Source of the DNA: Eledone cirrhosa
Lineage: Eukaryota
Length of the DNA: 64,000 nucleotides
Direction of reading: 5' to 3'
Assembly: GCA_964016885.1 (NCBI GenBank)
Contig: OZ024740.1
Coordinates: 95,542,001-95,606,000 of the forward strand
The position numbers were made by a program, and so were the translations under genes. Below, in pieces: positions 1 through 13,921 of this stretch. Positions within the stretch are counted from its first letter, which is position 1. Each line of letters begins with the position of its first letter. The notes under the pieces are model-generated. The model saw only the letters and a program-made list of their open reading frames with translations, did not search any database and had not been told where the DNA came from.

Positions 1-119
<119 letters not shown>

Positions 120-391
120 TGAGGTTTATTAAAAAAATCCATCAAAAGCCGAGATGAGTGAAAGTATGAGAAAAAAAATTGATAATGCAACTGGAGTCTT
201 GTAAGAATATTTATTTATTAAATTAACCAGTTTCATAGTTCTTTGGATTTTCAGCAGTAAGATTGAGATGGCGTGATTGTGCTTCTGTTGTGGTTTTTCT
301 CCATAAAAGTAACACCTAATATTTACTTTTGAAAATCATAAAACGTGTGCAAGCGATAAAGTAAATAATTCATTTTCAAATGTTATATTTG

Positions 392-477
<86 letters not shown>

Positions 478-479
478 GA

Positions 480-1003
480 AACAGATGAAATCCAAAATGG
501 AGGTGGATCTTTTTTTTTAAATATATTTATTTGTTTCCTTTACCAGTGGTTTCGCAGTTCTTATGCTTTTCAAAATTAGAATTTAGATTGAGAGTTTGTA
601 GTTTTTCTCGCATCTGGTTGGTGTTTGAATGTTACTGCTGTTTTATATGGTAAAAAAGTGGCTCGAAATGATAGGTTTTTAGAAATGTGTTTGGGTATTG
701 CAGTCGCGTGAATAAGCACATCAGCTTTCGCACCAGTTTATGTTTGAATTCCTTTTTACTTAAAAAAAAGTGGCTCACGAAGGCTTTTTTTTATAAATGT
801 AATTTGCTTAAACGAAATTATTAAATTTCACGCCTGTACTTTGGAATTTTTTATAGCCATTTAGAGAGTCTTCTGCCAAACAAACGATAATGGTCAAGAA
901 AAACGGGATGGAGAGAATTGTTCTGGTTCAGGGAGCATGGTTGATGTGTTGAAATGTAATTTGATTGGTTATAAATGAAATTATGACTCTCACGTGAACA
1001 AGT
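480..1003 (-). mobile_element. Inverted 3'UTR/pLTR copy upstream of a Penelope-like ORF, with degenerate hammerhead at 537-577
   Basis: Homologous to 14720-15260, which lies downstream of the minus-strand GIY-YIG fragment; an older relative lies at 115-390. Confidence 0.7.
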
Positions 1004-1019
1004 ACATTAAATTTCACGC

Positions 1020-1851
1020 TATTCACCTGCTATTCACCTCCAAGCAACCAAAGCATTCAAAGACGAGCATCCCTTTTAACATAGCAAGAGGAATTTGCAC
1101 AATTGTCTCCAATTATGACACGCGAAATAAAAGACTTCAAGAAGTAAAGGAAATTCTGTTCGAAAGACAGTACCCACCATTACTAATAAATAATGGAATA
1201 GAAAGAGATAAAGCAATATGCATTGATGAATTACGAAAGTAGATACAAATTCAAGGTCCGTCCAATATTATATCATATATCTCAACACAGAACCCACGGA
1301 ATGCGGAATCTTACAACATTATTCACAAGAACATCCCACTATTGAAACAAGACCCAAGAATGAATAAATATCTTGAAACTCATGAAATAATCAAAAGTAA
1401 AAGACAACCGAAATCACTAAAAACGTTACTCACCAATGACATATTACCTACAAACCCACAACCAGCTGTCAAAAAATGCGGTCGCTCTAATTCTGGAACC
1501 TGCACTCACCTCATTGACGGGAAAATTTTGTTGTAAAAAATCACTTCACTTGCTTATTAAATAATTTAATTTATGCAATTAAATGTAAATGTAAGTTTGC
1601 AATGAAGATTATATAGGACAAACTAAACTCACACTCAGAAACAGAATGACAGTACATCGCCAAAAATTACGAGATCCTACCAGAAGACAGATACCACTCA
1701 GTGCACATGTAGACATATGCGCAAGTAATAAGGCACCCGAATTCTAAGTCTTCCCATTTTATCTTTGCGCTGACAATGCAACAGAACAAATACGCATAAC
1801 TAAGGAAAATATGTTTATTCAAAAATATAGACCAGCATTAAGTATAGTTTA
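1020..1851 (+). pseudogene. 5'-truncated Penelope-like element (Neptune-like): RT thumb, Cys linker and GIY-YIG endonuclease, disrupted
   Basis: KTSIPFNIARGICTIVSN, RQYPPLLI, KKCGRSNSGTC, LIYAIKC...CNEDYIGQTKLTLRNRMTVHR; stops and frameshifts. Confidence 0.85.
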
Positions 1852-1909
1852 ATATACATTATATTCAACACCATAAATTGCTAACCTTCACATACACGTG
1901 TAACCATAA

Positions 1910-2263
1910 TATATGTGTGTGTGAGCGGACTTGTGAAATACCAAACCCAGCATGAGTCCATTGAAGTGTGTTGGAGGGAGAGTAGCTGATGGCCAATATG
2001 GCAGCAACTATTGACAATAATTGATGATGAAGTAGAAAAATAAAACAGCCTATAGTAAGACAGGAGAGGAAGATGTTTTTTGAAGATAACACTCCAGTGA
2101 GAAAATTTGTTTCGAAAGTATTGCATGTGTCCGAAGAAACTGCAGATCTAGAATCAGACTGAACCATACAATGATCGTGTCTCGAGCTATCTGCCGGCGA
2201 AACAATTGTAACACACAATAAACTGAGTCCAGAGGCATCACTGATTGTTCGTTTTATATTATA
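1910..2263 (+). mobile_element. ~350-bp non-coding hammerhead-bearing cassette, copy 1
   Basis: Highly similar copy at 16407-16760. Confidence 0.75.
2126..2215 (+). ncRNA. Type-I hammerhead-like motif (U4C core variant)
   Basis: tgtgt-CCGAAGA-[gcagat...atctgc]-GAAA-caattg-TA-acaca; palindromic ACAATTGT; same layout at 16622-16711. Confidence 0.6.
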
Positions 2264-2343
2264 TCAGACTCTGCTCTATAAGAACATATAGTGCTCAACT
2301 GCCAAACCCCCTATGGGAGCATCATAGCTACCATTAAACACAC

Positions 2344-2374
<31 letters not shown>

Positions 2375-2392
2375 TACAAACACACACGCACA

Positions 2393-2440
<48 letters not shown>

Positions 2441-2481
2441 TACACACACATACACAAACACACACACATGTATATATATAA

Positions 2482-3444
<963 letters not shown>

Positions 3445-3450
<6 letters not shown>

Positions 3451-3709
3451 GAATGAAGAGTAACATGGTTCGCTCTACAACAAGGGGCTTTATTTCAAGT
3501 ATTTACATTGTTTCATTGATCAGGTGAGTCTAGAGGTCGGCAATCACTTGAATTTGCCTCACTCGATCTCCATTACATTATTTACCGCGAACTCCCTGCC
3601 TGATTATGGAAACATCTTGTTGAGCAAAATAAAGCTGTACGTTAAACTATCCACGACGCAGAGTACTCACGAACTCTAACTGTATTACCTATAACGATAA
3701 CTTGTTATC

Positions 3710-3710
<1 letters not shown>
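3445..3710. mobile_element. Rearranged fragment related to the pLTR of the 28-31 kb Penelope-like element
   Basis: 3450-3525 resembles 28110-28185 directly; 3610-3710 resembles 27940-28040 inverted. Confidence 0.55.
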
Positions 3711-3781
<71 letters not shown>

Positions 3782-3798
3782 CTTCACACACACACACT

Positions 3799-3862
<64 letters not shown>

Positions 3863-3879
3863 AGTATGTATATATATAA

Positions 3880-3949
<70 letters not shown>

Positions 3950-4540
3950 ATAATAATAAATTTGAAGAATAGAATCCAAAGAGGGCTCGATAAGGATAAA
4001 TATATGAGTTTCAGAATATCCCGATAAGGGTGAAAGCACCGATTCTTTGCTTAATCTTTAATCTGTTATTTTAATATATATATATATATATATATATGCG
4101 AGATAAATTTAATTAAATTAAATTAAGGGAGTCATGTCCGAGACATGCGCCATATCCACCCCTATTCACGCTAATGGGAGGACGCTAGCATGTTGTCAGT
4201 AGATTTAGAATTGCAACACGTGCATTTTATTAATTCCGGTTTCCTTGTTTTAGGCTCCAGTTCTTCAATTTTATAATTTATCATGTTTCAGATTCCTGTA
4301 TAATTCTATTTTCGCTATATTTTTTAGCAAGCCTACATTATCTATACTCTCTAGAAATAGCTGTATAAAGCTTGACCGGCTTAACCCACTCCCTATTTGT
4401 TCTACAGGCAAGTTCAGTAACCACCCCCAGCCCATGATCCACCGCCATGAAAGATTTAATTGTGTTCACAACAAATTTCGATCACTTTTTTTATAACAAC
4501 CTTCAGAAATGCCTGACTATCGCATGCCCATATATGGATT

Positions 4541-4636
4541 ACCCCCTTGAAGAGATCAGCTATATCAACACGACGCTGAACATTTAATTTAGTCCATGAT
4601 AAGCTGTCGAAACAGGTTGAGCTTTGCCGTCGGGGT
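4541..4636 (+). ncRNA. Type-I hammerhead candidate inside a ~550-bp (TA)n-flanked insert (4100-4650)
   Basis: acccc(c)-TTGAAGA-gatcagct...agctgtc-GAAA-cagg...ccg-TC-ggggt; GUC triplet. Confidence 0.55.
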
Positions 4637-4754
4637 CCAGTCTTTTTTCCTATATATATATATAGTAATAATAATAAATTTGAAGACTAAAATCCAAATA
4701 GGACTCGATAAGGATAAATATAAATCAAATATATAAGAACCGTATAGCAAATAT

Positions 4755-6469
4755 TTATTAAAATAACAGATTAATGTTTAAGCAAAGAATCGCTGCTTTC
4801 ACCCTTAACGGGATCTTCTGAAACTAACAAAGTCAATCTGTAAACTCAGAAGTTGGTATTTCAAAAAACGTTGCAATCGGAGGAAGACAGGAAGACGATC
4901 CTTTGGTTCGTGGAAACGTTCCCTGGCAAAGAACGGGAAAAAACGTCATTAATAGGAGCGGTGAAAAACAATTACGCGCCGAGACAGAGCCACGTTTATG
5001 GTTTAAAAGAAGTCGTAGCCTAATGTTCTCTTAGGTGGTTATTAGAGACGTTCTCTGGCAATGAACGGAAAAAACGAAGATAATAGGTCATATGTGGAGC
5101 GGGGAGAATTGCACGCAAAGACAAAACCACGTAAATGGTATAGCTGAAGTCGTAAATTAAAATTCTAAGTAGGAAACCGAATGAATCTCCGCTTCAGAGT
5201 TAAGAATAAAGTAAATAAAATAAAATACAGAGGTAATAGAAATTAAATAAATACATACCCGCATGCAAATACGTACGTACACAAGCATGACCTCACTTTC
5301 AGCTTACACCTGGAGTCTAAAAGACAACCACACCCAATATAAGTTACACTGGGAGATCCACAGACTACATCTTAAACAAAAAATCTGAGGCAGTTTTGGC
5401 TTGTAAACATAAATTGCACAAAACTTTCCTGTATTACAGACCCATGTTATACCCTAACGGATAGTACGATTTGTACGGGGATATTTTACGTCTTGATGTG
5501 GTAGGTAAGTATATGATTTGTTTATACCATTACTTATTTGCATAGGTAAGTATATATTACATGTATGTTTTGTGAAGGTACGTATACTTTCTCGTACGTA
5601 TATTTGATTGTATATGTTATGGCGTATAATTTTTCATATATTCTGGTACATATGGTTTGGTTATGTGTATACGGGAGTTTTGTGTCTGTGTGAGTATGCA
5701 GGTTCGTACGTATGTAGGGTGTGTGTATATGTGTACTTCATGTTTCGGTTGACTTACGTCTCCGAACATTTGTGTATTTACATGTAGGTATGTGTGTGGG
5801 CTTGTTATATACGTATTTATTTATTTATATACGTTTATTTAATTATTTATATATTGTGTATACACGCACACACTCACATATTCATATGTGCGTGGTTTGG
5901 TATACCTATGGCAAGTGTTTTCACGTATGCTTGTGTATGTATGTATTTGCATGCGGGTATGTATTTATTTAATTTCTATTATCTCTATATTGTATTTTAT
6001 TTACTTTATTCTTAAATCTGAAGCGGAGATTCATTCGGTTTCCTAGTTAGAATTTTAGTTCACGACTTCAGCTATACCCTTTACGTGGTTTTGTCTTTGC
6101 CTGCAATTCTCCACGCTCCACATATGACGTATTATCTTCGTTTTTTCCGTTCATTGCCAGAGAACGTCTCTATGAACCACCTAAGAGAACATTAGTCTAC
6201 GACTTCTTTTATACCATAAACGTGGTTCTGTCTCTGCGCGTAATTGTTTTTCACCGCTCCTATAAATGACGTATTATATTCGTTTTTTTTCCCGTACTTC
6301 GCCGGGGAACGTTTCCACGAACCAATGTATCGTCTTCCTGTCTTCCTCCGGTTGCAACGTCTTTTGAAATATCCACTTCTGCGTTTACAGATTGAATTTG
6401 TTAGTTTCAGAAGATCCCGTTAAGGGTGAAAGCAGCGATTATTTGCTTAAACTTTACATCTGTTATTTT

Positions 6470-6470
<1 letters not shown>
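4755..6470 (+). mobile_element. 5'-truncated Penelope-like element: inverted pLTR (4755-5288), endonuclease C-terminal remnant (5290-5450), 3'UTR/pLTR (to 6470)
   Basis: ~530-bp inverted arms 4755-5288 / 5927-6470; TSLSAYTWSLKDNHTQYKLHWEI and ILNKKSEAVLACKHK; a third terminal fragment lies at 3946-4075. Confidence 0.8.
6404..6452 (+). ncRNA. Hammerhead-like motif (U4A variant) in pLTR; mirror copy near 4775-4825 (-)
   Basis: gttt-CAGAAGA-t-ccc-gttaa-ggg-t-GAAA-gca...tgc-TT-aaac. Confidence 0.45.
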
Positions 6471-6518
<48 letters not shown>

Positions 6519-6538
6519 TGGGGGGCTGTGTGTGTATA

Positions 6539-8000
6539 CTGGGGAGACAGCAATATTTTTTACGCTCATATATACTTAAAATGTCTTAAACCCAATCAAC
6601 TAATAGATTTGCAATTTTCCTTATCTCCAAATAAGACGTCTGCCCACGCTAACAAACAGATTTAGCAAGAATCAGTAAAATACGTATTGAGGTATTAAGC
6701 CAGAATGAGAACATGCTAACATCGTATTTTGCCAGTCTCACCACGTCTTATGAACTGAGCAATTTTGAACGGGCTAAGATCATGCAGGCAATCAGTAATA
6801 GTACCAACATTCTTTCTCTGGCGTCCATTTTCAAATTCCATTCCATAACCATCAAGCGAAATGTCAATAAATTATGAGAAAGAGGTAATAGTGGAGAGGA
6901 AAGCTGTATCAGGAGGTCATAGCGACAAAAGAGATCATCAATATGGAGCTGAAGAGAACAATAAGAAGAGATCGAACTCAATCCATAAGAATTGTGAGGG
7001 ACGTTGTTATTCCCGGACAAAGATTTAGAAAGTTAGAGGGGGCAATGATTATCTTGAACAAAATGAAACATATTCCTGGAGTGAGCTTTTACACAGAAGA
7101 GACGAATTTCACCAATGATACACATACATACAGATCCAACAGTCGTGTTCAGGCTTCTGATCCTCACTGTCCAAAACTGTCAGGTGCAAAATCCCTGCCA
7201 AATTGATGATTTTTGCCTGTGTGGCATGTGATGGCAAGACACCCTTGATCATGTTTGAGACGGCTAAAAGATTGACAGGAGTTTGTTGTGGTCAGGTTTT
7301 GAAAGATGTAAAGATGTGGGTGCTTTCTGAATATCCCGAGGCAAGATCCGAGGGTAACTCCAACAAGATCAATTAATACTTTTACATTACAGCAAGAGGG
7401 GTCTCCTTGTCAGAAATGTACAGTGACTGAAAATATTTCTCAGATATGATTTTGGGAACAGGTTATGGGATAAGGACACTTAGCCCCATTAATTACTTGA
7501 TTTGAACCCATTAAAATTCAGCATCTGGAAAAAGTGGTGCAAATATGTTTGAGAAGGCCCAGAGTAAACTGCAAGCCCTCAAACTCTCCGTATGACATAG
7601 GAGGAGGTGATTGATGCGGAATTCATTAAGAAAGGTAGTCGTGCAGTCCGAAAGAAGACTGAGGAAGTCATAAACAAAAGACGAGCAACACGTGATGCCT
7701 AACAGGTACGATTTTGGCCAAGAATGTATGAGGATCTTTGGAAGAAAACTTTAAGCTTCCATCCGAACTTCACTCCTTTCCGTTATAAGCTGTCAGTCCT
7801 GTTATATGGTTAGTTATTTATGAAAATATCATTTTCGTCCATGATCGACTTCATCACAAATTCTTCTGGTGAGCTTGGACAGTAATCGACATTTTTCTTG
7901 AATGAAGTAAGGACGAATATGATTAAAAAGCACAAGCATTCCTGAGATACAGAATTTCGAAGTTGAATCTAAAATGTGGACAATGTTGCCGGTACACCCA

Positions 8001-8001
<1 letters not shown>
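6539..8001 (+). mobile_element. Decayed Tc1/mariner-superfamily transposon
   Basis: Degenerate TIRs (ctggggagacagcaatatt / aatgttgccggtacacccag) flanked by TA; transposase remnants ELKRTIRRDRTQSIR, FYTEETNF. Confidence 0.7.
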
Positions 8002-8039
<38 letters not shown>

Positions 8040-8120
8040 AAAGTTTTATTTAAAATTGTTGGGTTACAACGAGTAAATATTTTATAACTGATATAAAGCA
8101 CTCAACAAGTTTTGGAGTAG

Positions 8121-9423
8121 ATATACGATATTAAACAAAGGGAAACTATATTTATAAAACCATATTTATTTCATTATACATATTTCAGGGATACCATATT
8201 AAAAATATGGCATGCCTTCTTCAGATAAAATACAATATATAAGCAGTTTTATAAATAAATTTGACGTCCCATAAAATATTGATCAACTTCCATTTAAAAA
8301 AGTTGGTTTGGTAGTGAAATGTTTGTAAATATTTAGTGTTAAGTACAGTTAGAAAGAAAGACGGAGAGAAGGAATAAATGTATGTAAAGAAAAACAGAGA
8401 GAGATAGAGAGAGATATGGGAGAGAGAAATAGTGAGGAGGTGCAAAATGAGAGGCAGCTGAGGTAACAGATGAATAATAATAATTCAACATGCAAAATGA
8501 GATATTTAGGGGGGAGGGAGTACTGTAATTATTTATTTATTTATTTAGTTATGGTGTTAAGGAGACGGAGACAAATAAAAAATAACTAAAGAGAAAACAG
8601 CGATACATAGATTACATCATGTATAGAGGGAGGAGAAGAAAGCTATATCTAGAGAGAAGGATGACAGATTTATAACTTTACGTTATGTCCTATCAATTTG
8701 AATTATCAATTTATATGAATTGGGTATTATACTGTAAATATCAATATTCATGAATGAGACATAGATATATAATGTGTGAAAAATAATGACCATATGTTTA
8801 GTTTTAAAATTCTTAGGTCGATATATCAAAAACCTGAGATAAAACTTCAAAATACATAAGTATATATGTACTTTCCGGAAAAAGAAAGAAAGAGAAAAAG
8901 AGAAGGTCATCTCAAGTTCTAGTTGACACTATAGATATACACGTGAGCATACGTGATCAGCTCTGTAATTTCATATTTCACATGAAAAAATGTTCGTTTG
9001 CGTTATAAAAGATTTTACTATATATATATATATACATACATACACATACATAAAAATATAAAATATATATTAATATTAATATTCCTGCCCTCACATACAT
9101 GATTATCGTTCATGTATAGAATAGACAACAGATATCAATATATCAAAACGCTAAGAATAATTTCATCACTCCCTAGAGTGTCTAGGGCCTTAAAAAAACA
9201 CAGTATGCGCCCCATATCAACCACAGAAATCAACCCTTCCAAACCAACTTTTTTAAATGGAAGTTGATCAATATTTTATGGTACGTCAAATTTATTTATA
9301 AAACTGCTTATATAATGTATTTTATCTGAAGAAGGCATGCCATATGTTTAATATGGTATCCCTGAAATATGTATAATGAAATAAATATGGTTTTATAAAT
9401 ATAGTTTCCATTTGTTTAATATC

Positions 9424-9427
<4 letters not shown>
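8121..9427 (+). mobile_element. PLE-type non-coding remnant with ~190-bp inverted terminal arms (8121-8310 / 9239-9427)
   Basis: Near-identical reverse-complement arms, each containing a hammerhead. Confidence 0.8.
9318..9383 (+). ncRNA. Minimal type-I hammerhead ribozyme (mirror copy 8167-8232, -)
   Basis: tattttat-CTGAAGA-agg..atgccatat/atatggtat..cct-GAAA-tatgta-TA-atgaaata; 8-bp stem I, self-complementary AUAUGUAU (with G-U pairs). Confidence 0.8.
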
Positions 9428-9462
<35 letters not shown>

Positions 9463-11412
9463 ATAAGGTAAAGCGAAGTAGTTTCAGATGTTCAAGTCCT
9501 TTAATAATAATGATGTGATATATATTTTAATGGCGAAAGTGGCCACACTGATCTGTGCGCCAGTCTCGCGATATCGTCAGACAGCTTGTTACATAATAAG
9601 GTTATGTTTCCGAGGCAATCCAAATTGAATCGACATGGGAACGGACGAAGTATGTGCTTTCGGATTCTTCATCCGTTCCCCTGTGAGTACCAATTCACCC
9701 CTACTGGTCTGAGCAAGCGCAGGTCCAGGGGGAAGTTGACCATTAGCTACCGCAGATTTAAACGAAATTCGCTTGTTCAGTTCCCTCTCTCAGCCAGACA
9801 ATGACCCATTCAAGCCGGCCCCATAGTTTACAGCTACCGATCCCATCTGTGGCAGTCAGCCAAAAGCCAGTGGGGATGGGAGAGTGTTAGTATTTACAGG
9901 TCTCTATACTACCTCTCTCTAATAACTGACCATCAACCCCTAAGATAATATATTTTTAATTCTATGTATCATAGTCTCATATTGGAAGTTATAAGTGCAA
10001 TTAGAACTAAAAATTACAATTTAAAATCGAAAATCCTAAATCAAGTATCAGAAATTATAAATCAAAAAATTAACAAATAGAAATTAAACAATTAAAAATT
10101 TTTGAAGTGAGAATCCGGATTGAGGTGAGTAGAAAAAATATATAGATTGAAGTGAGTAAATAGTATGCAGAGAGATGTTTAAGTAAGAAGTTTTGAAATG
10201 GGTCCTAAAGTTACAGTTACCCTATCTACATACTGAACGATGGTGCCATACAGTAGAACTGAGGGTAAATTACAGTATTACGTGTAGTAGTCAAGTGGGT
10301 ACATAGTCGTAATTTACATCACATGGAACAAACCAACAAAGACATATATAAAGTACACAAAAGAAAAGAACCAATGAATGAATGAATGATTGAATGAGTG
10401 AATGAATGAATGAATGATGCAAAAACACAGAGTACATATATGCAAAATGATCCATATTATTGTCAATTTGTCCATGTATAGGTTGAATTGAGGGGGCTTC
10501 TGTTCAAATGCGATTTGGTGCAGAAATATATGGGTTTATCTTTGTTTCCGCGTAATTATCCTGCCGAAAGTTATTATTATGCCCGTCCAGTGTCCGGGGT
10601 TTCCATCCCATGGTAGAGGGAATATCCAGGGGTAGCTCATGGCTGGTTCCTCTCTTCTTCACCATATCGGTTACATCATAGAGCGCTCAACTAATTGGAG
10701 CTACATTCTTAGGGTAAACATTGGTGCAATTCAAATCAAGCACTCAACGTACTTATTCCACATAGGAGTGATTGAGTAAATATCGAATAAGGAAAAGCGA
10801 AGTAGTTTCAGATGTTCAAGTTCTTTAATAATAATGCTGTGATATATATTTCAATGGCGAAAGTGGCCACACTGTTCTGTGCGCCAGTCTCGCGACATCG
10901 TCAGACAGATTGTTACATAATAAGGTTATGTTCCGGAGGCAATCCATATTGAATCGACATGGGAACGGACGAAGTATGTGCTTTTGGGTTCTTCATCCGT
11001 TCCCCGGTGAGTACCAATTCACCCCCACTGGTCTGCGCAGGCGCAGGTCCAGGGGAAGTTGACCATTAGCTACCGCAGATTTAAACGAAATTCGCATGGT
11101 CAGTTCCCTCTCTCAGATAGACAATGACCTATTCAAGCCGGCACCATAGTTTACTGCTACCCATCCCATCTGTGCCAGTCAGCCGATATCTAATTTTACT
11201 TATAACTTCCAATATGAAACTATGATACATAGAATTAAAAAATATATACTCTTAGGGGTTGATGGTCAGTTATTAGAGATAGTTAGTATAGAGACCTGTA
11301 AAAACTAACACTTTCCCATCCCCTCTGGCTTTCGGGTGATATTTACTCCGTCACACCTATGTTGAATAAGTACGTTGAGTGCTTCATTTGAATTGCATCA
11401 ATATTTAGCCTG
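9463..11412 (-). mobile_element. Non-autonomous PLE/retrozyme-like element: ~400-bp direct repeats 1324 bp apart plus inverted segments
   Basis: 9463-9860 matches 10787-11185; 11190-11338 is the inverse of 9857-10005; 11340-11412 is the inverse of 10708-10782. Confidence 0.75.
10837..10908 (-). ncRNA. Type-I hammerhead ribozyme (copy at 9513-9585 has GAAA changed to AAAA)
   Basis: ctgt-CTGACGA-t..gcgaga...tttcgc..t-GAAA-tatata-TC-acag; palindromic ATATATAT. Confidence 0.7.
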
Positions 11413-11919
11413 AGTATATATATATATACATATATTAGAAAGTGAGGTTTTTTTTACAAAATGAAAAATAACCGAGGTTTCCTACACGAGTGAAAGTATA
11501 ATGAAAAATAGATGAAATCGAAAATGCAATTGGAATCTTATTTTTAAAAAATATATATATTACAATACAACACAATAGGAGGTAACATGATAATAGTACC
11601 ACTGATGATGTTGCAGATGTGGAACGAAAGCATTGGCTCATATACATCCCAACAAATACGCGCCCAGTTATGTCCGTGTCCACGTACATCGACAAAGATA
11701 GATACACGCACACATGTATATATCTCTTTCCGTACACCAATGTGATGTGATATACTCACAGTCATATAAATCTGCACAAAAGGTCATAGAGGGTCATCCA
11801 TGTTATACATGCACAAATATAAACCATGTAACAATATACATACATCCATACACATACATGCATGCATACATACACACATATATATAAATAAATAAGTACA
11901 TAGAAAAATAAAAAAAATG

Positions 11920-11987
<68 letters not shown>

Positions 11988-12314
11988 GTATAATAAACAA
12001 TACAATATAATTACCTCATTACCAGAAATTTCCCGAATTAGACGAATATGGAAAACGTCCTCATTCATTCATCGGACAAGGCAATTTAAAAAATAGTGAA
12101 ATATTTGAAAAATCTCCCCAAGAAAGGCAAGGGTTTAACGGGCAAACAAAATAAAGCAAGATATATATACAAATAGGGAAATATAGTTAGGGTATGTGTG
12201 TAAATGTGTATATATTCACTCACAAATGACATATGTGTGTATGTACAAATGCATGTGTATAGTGAAAATGAGTGTGTGCGTAAGTATGTATATGGGGGCA
12301 AGCATAATAGTTTA

Positions 12315-13620
12315 CAATGTGTGGTCGATATTTGTTCGCAATTTTCAACTGCTAATTTTATGCAATTTTGTTATACTTCCGTTTGTCACTCTTGTCTTCA
12401 TAAAAAAAGTGACTATATTTTCATTATTTATTTTCAGAATGATTGATTATGAATAATTTTGAACCTCCAAATTGGTGGAACAGAGAGGGAGTTTTTCCTG
12501 GAATCCGCGCCGGGAGCATAAATAAGGAAATATCAGACTTTCTCAGCATCAGCAGGAGAATGGAGGAAAAGGTCAGAAAGAAATTGGAAGATTCAGGATT
12601 CGAATACGAAGCAACATCGAGAGGAAAACACATGATCGACGATCTGACACCTTCAGAACGCCCGAGTTCGTCGCTGAAGTTCAGGATATCATCAACAATG
12701 AACCTATCATGTCGGTGCGTGCCATTGCAAGGAAGAAAGGCGTGGATGAAAAGCTCATTAGGCTGGTGGTAAATGAATACATGAGCTACGTTTCATACAA
12801 GATGAGGAAAGGACAATTTCTGTCAAGGGCGATGCAAGAAAAGCCACTGAAGCACGCAAAGATACTGATCAACAAGTTGAAACACCCACTGGAGTCATAC
12901 ATGCTGTGGTTTTTCTCTGACGAGAACAACTTCTGCCAAGACCAGAAGATCAACTCCCAGAACAACAAGTGGCTCGCTGTCTTATCCAAAGACGTGCCTA
13001 GAGTCATGCAGACAACATTTCCAGCGTCAACATTGGTTTTAGGTGTCGTCAGCAGTCAAGGTGACACATGCCACCTCACTTCTTCCCTGAGAGCCTCAAG
13101 CTGAACACTGATGGCTACATCCGCGTTCTGAGCGAGGTAGTAAATTCCTGGATCGACCAGGTAGCTGCAGGTAGACCGTACGTGTACCAGCAAGACTCAG
13201 AGCCCTGCCATACCAGCCCCAAGACACAAGCCTGGCTGTCAGAGAACTTCATCGACAATATTTCACCTAACATCTGGCTTCCTAGCTCGCCTGACTGCAA
13301 CTGCCTCGACTTTTTTGTGTTGGGCGCTGTGGAACGAGACACCAACAGTTCTAGCTGCAATAGGAAAGACAATATGAAAGCCAGGATCACAAGTGCCATT
13401 GGGGGCTGAAGTCGGGGAGCAGTGACCAAGGTCTGTAGGCGGGTCCGAAGCCGCCTTGAGGCCGTCATCAAAGCCAATGGCGGGTTTATCGAGTGAGATC
13501 GAAATGATAAGTCATGAAGACCAACTGACCCAAGTTTGATAAATATATCTTAAAAAATAAAACTACTGTGTTACTTCTTCCCAGACAGTATTCTTGCGAA
13601 CAAGTATCGTTCGCGTCCTG
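12315..13620 (+). mobile_element. maT-type (DD37D) Tc1/mariner transposon with frameshifted transposase (12443-13496)
   Basis: TIRs cgatatttgttcgcaa / ttgcgaacaagtatcg with TA flanks; WFFSDE, YQQDSEPCH, SPDCNCLD with 37 residues between D2 and D3. Confidence 0.9.
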
Positions 13621-13921
13621 TATATATACACACACATTTGTACAGACCCAGACACACACACCCACATATAAACGTACACATCTATAAAGAAAAATACTAA
13701 AGTATGTATCTAATATCGTACCTTAAAAGATGTATATTTTATTGCACATGCACGGATTTACACATTATAATCATATACATACATCAATACACATTCACCT
13801 AACATTATACATATGTATATATACATATATATTCACATATACACACACATACACAAATATGTATAGATATATAAGTTAAAACAATGAAATAAAAAATCAA
13901 GTCATTAGAAATATAATTCAC

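Noticed and set aside
221-258. Hammerhead relic related to 14790
   Set aside because: Stems I and II are broken
11596-11646. CTGATGA...GAAA-gcattggc-TC hammerhead-like motif
   Set aside because: Stem I does not pair next to the core and stem II is offset; single copy, at best a relic
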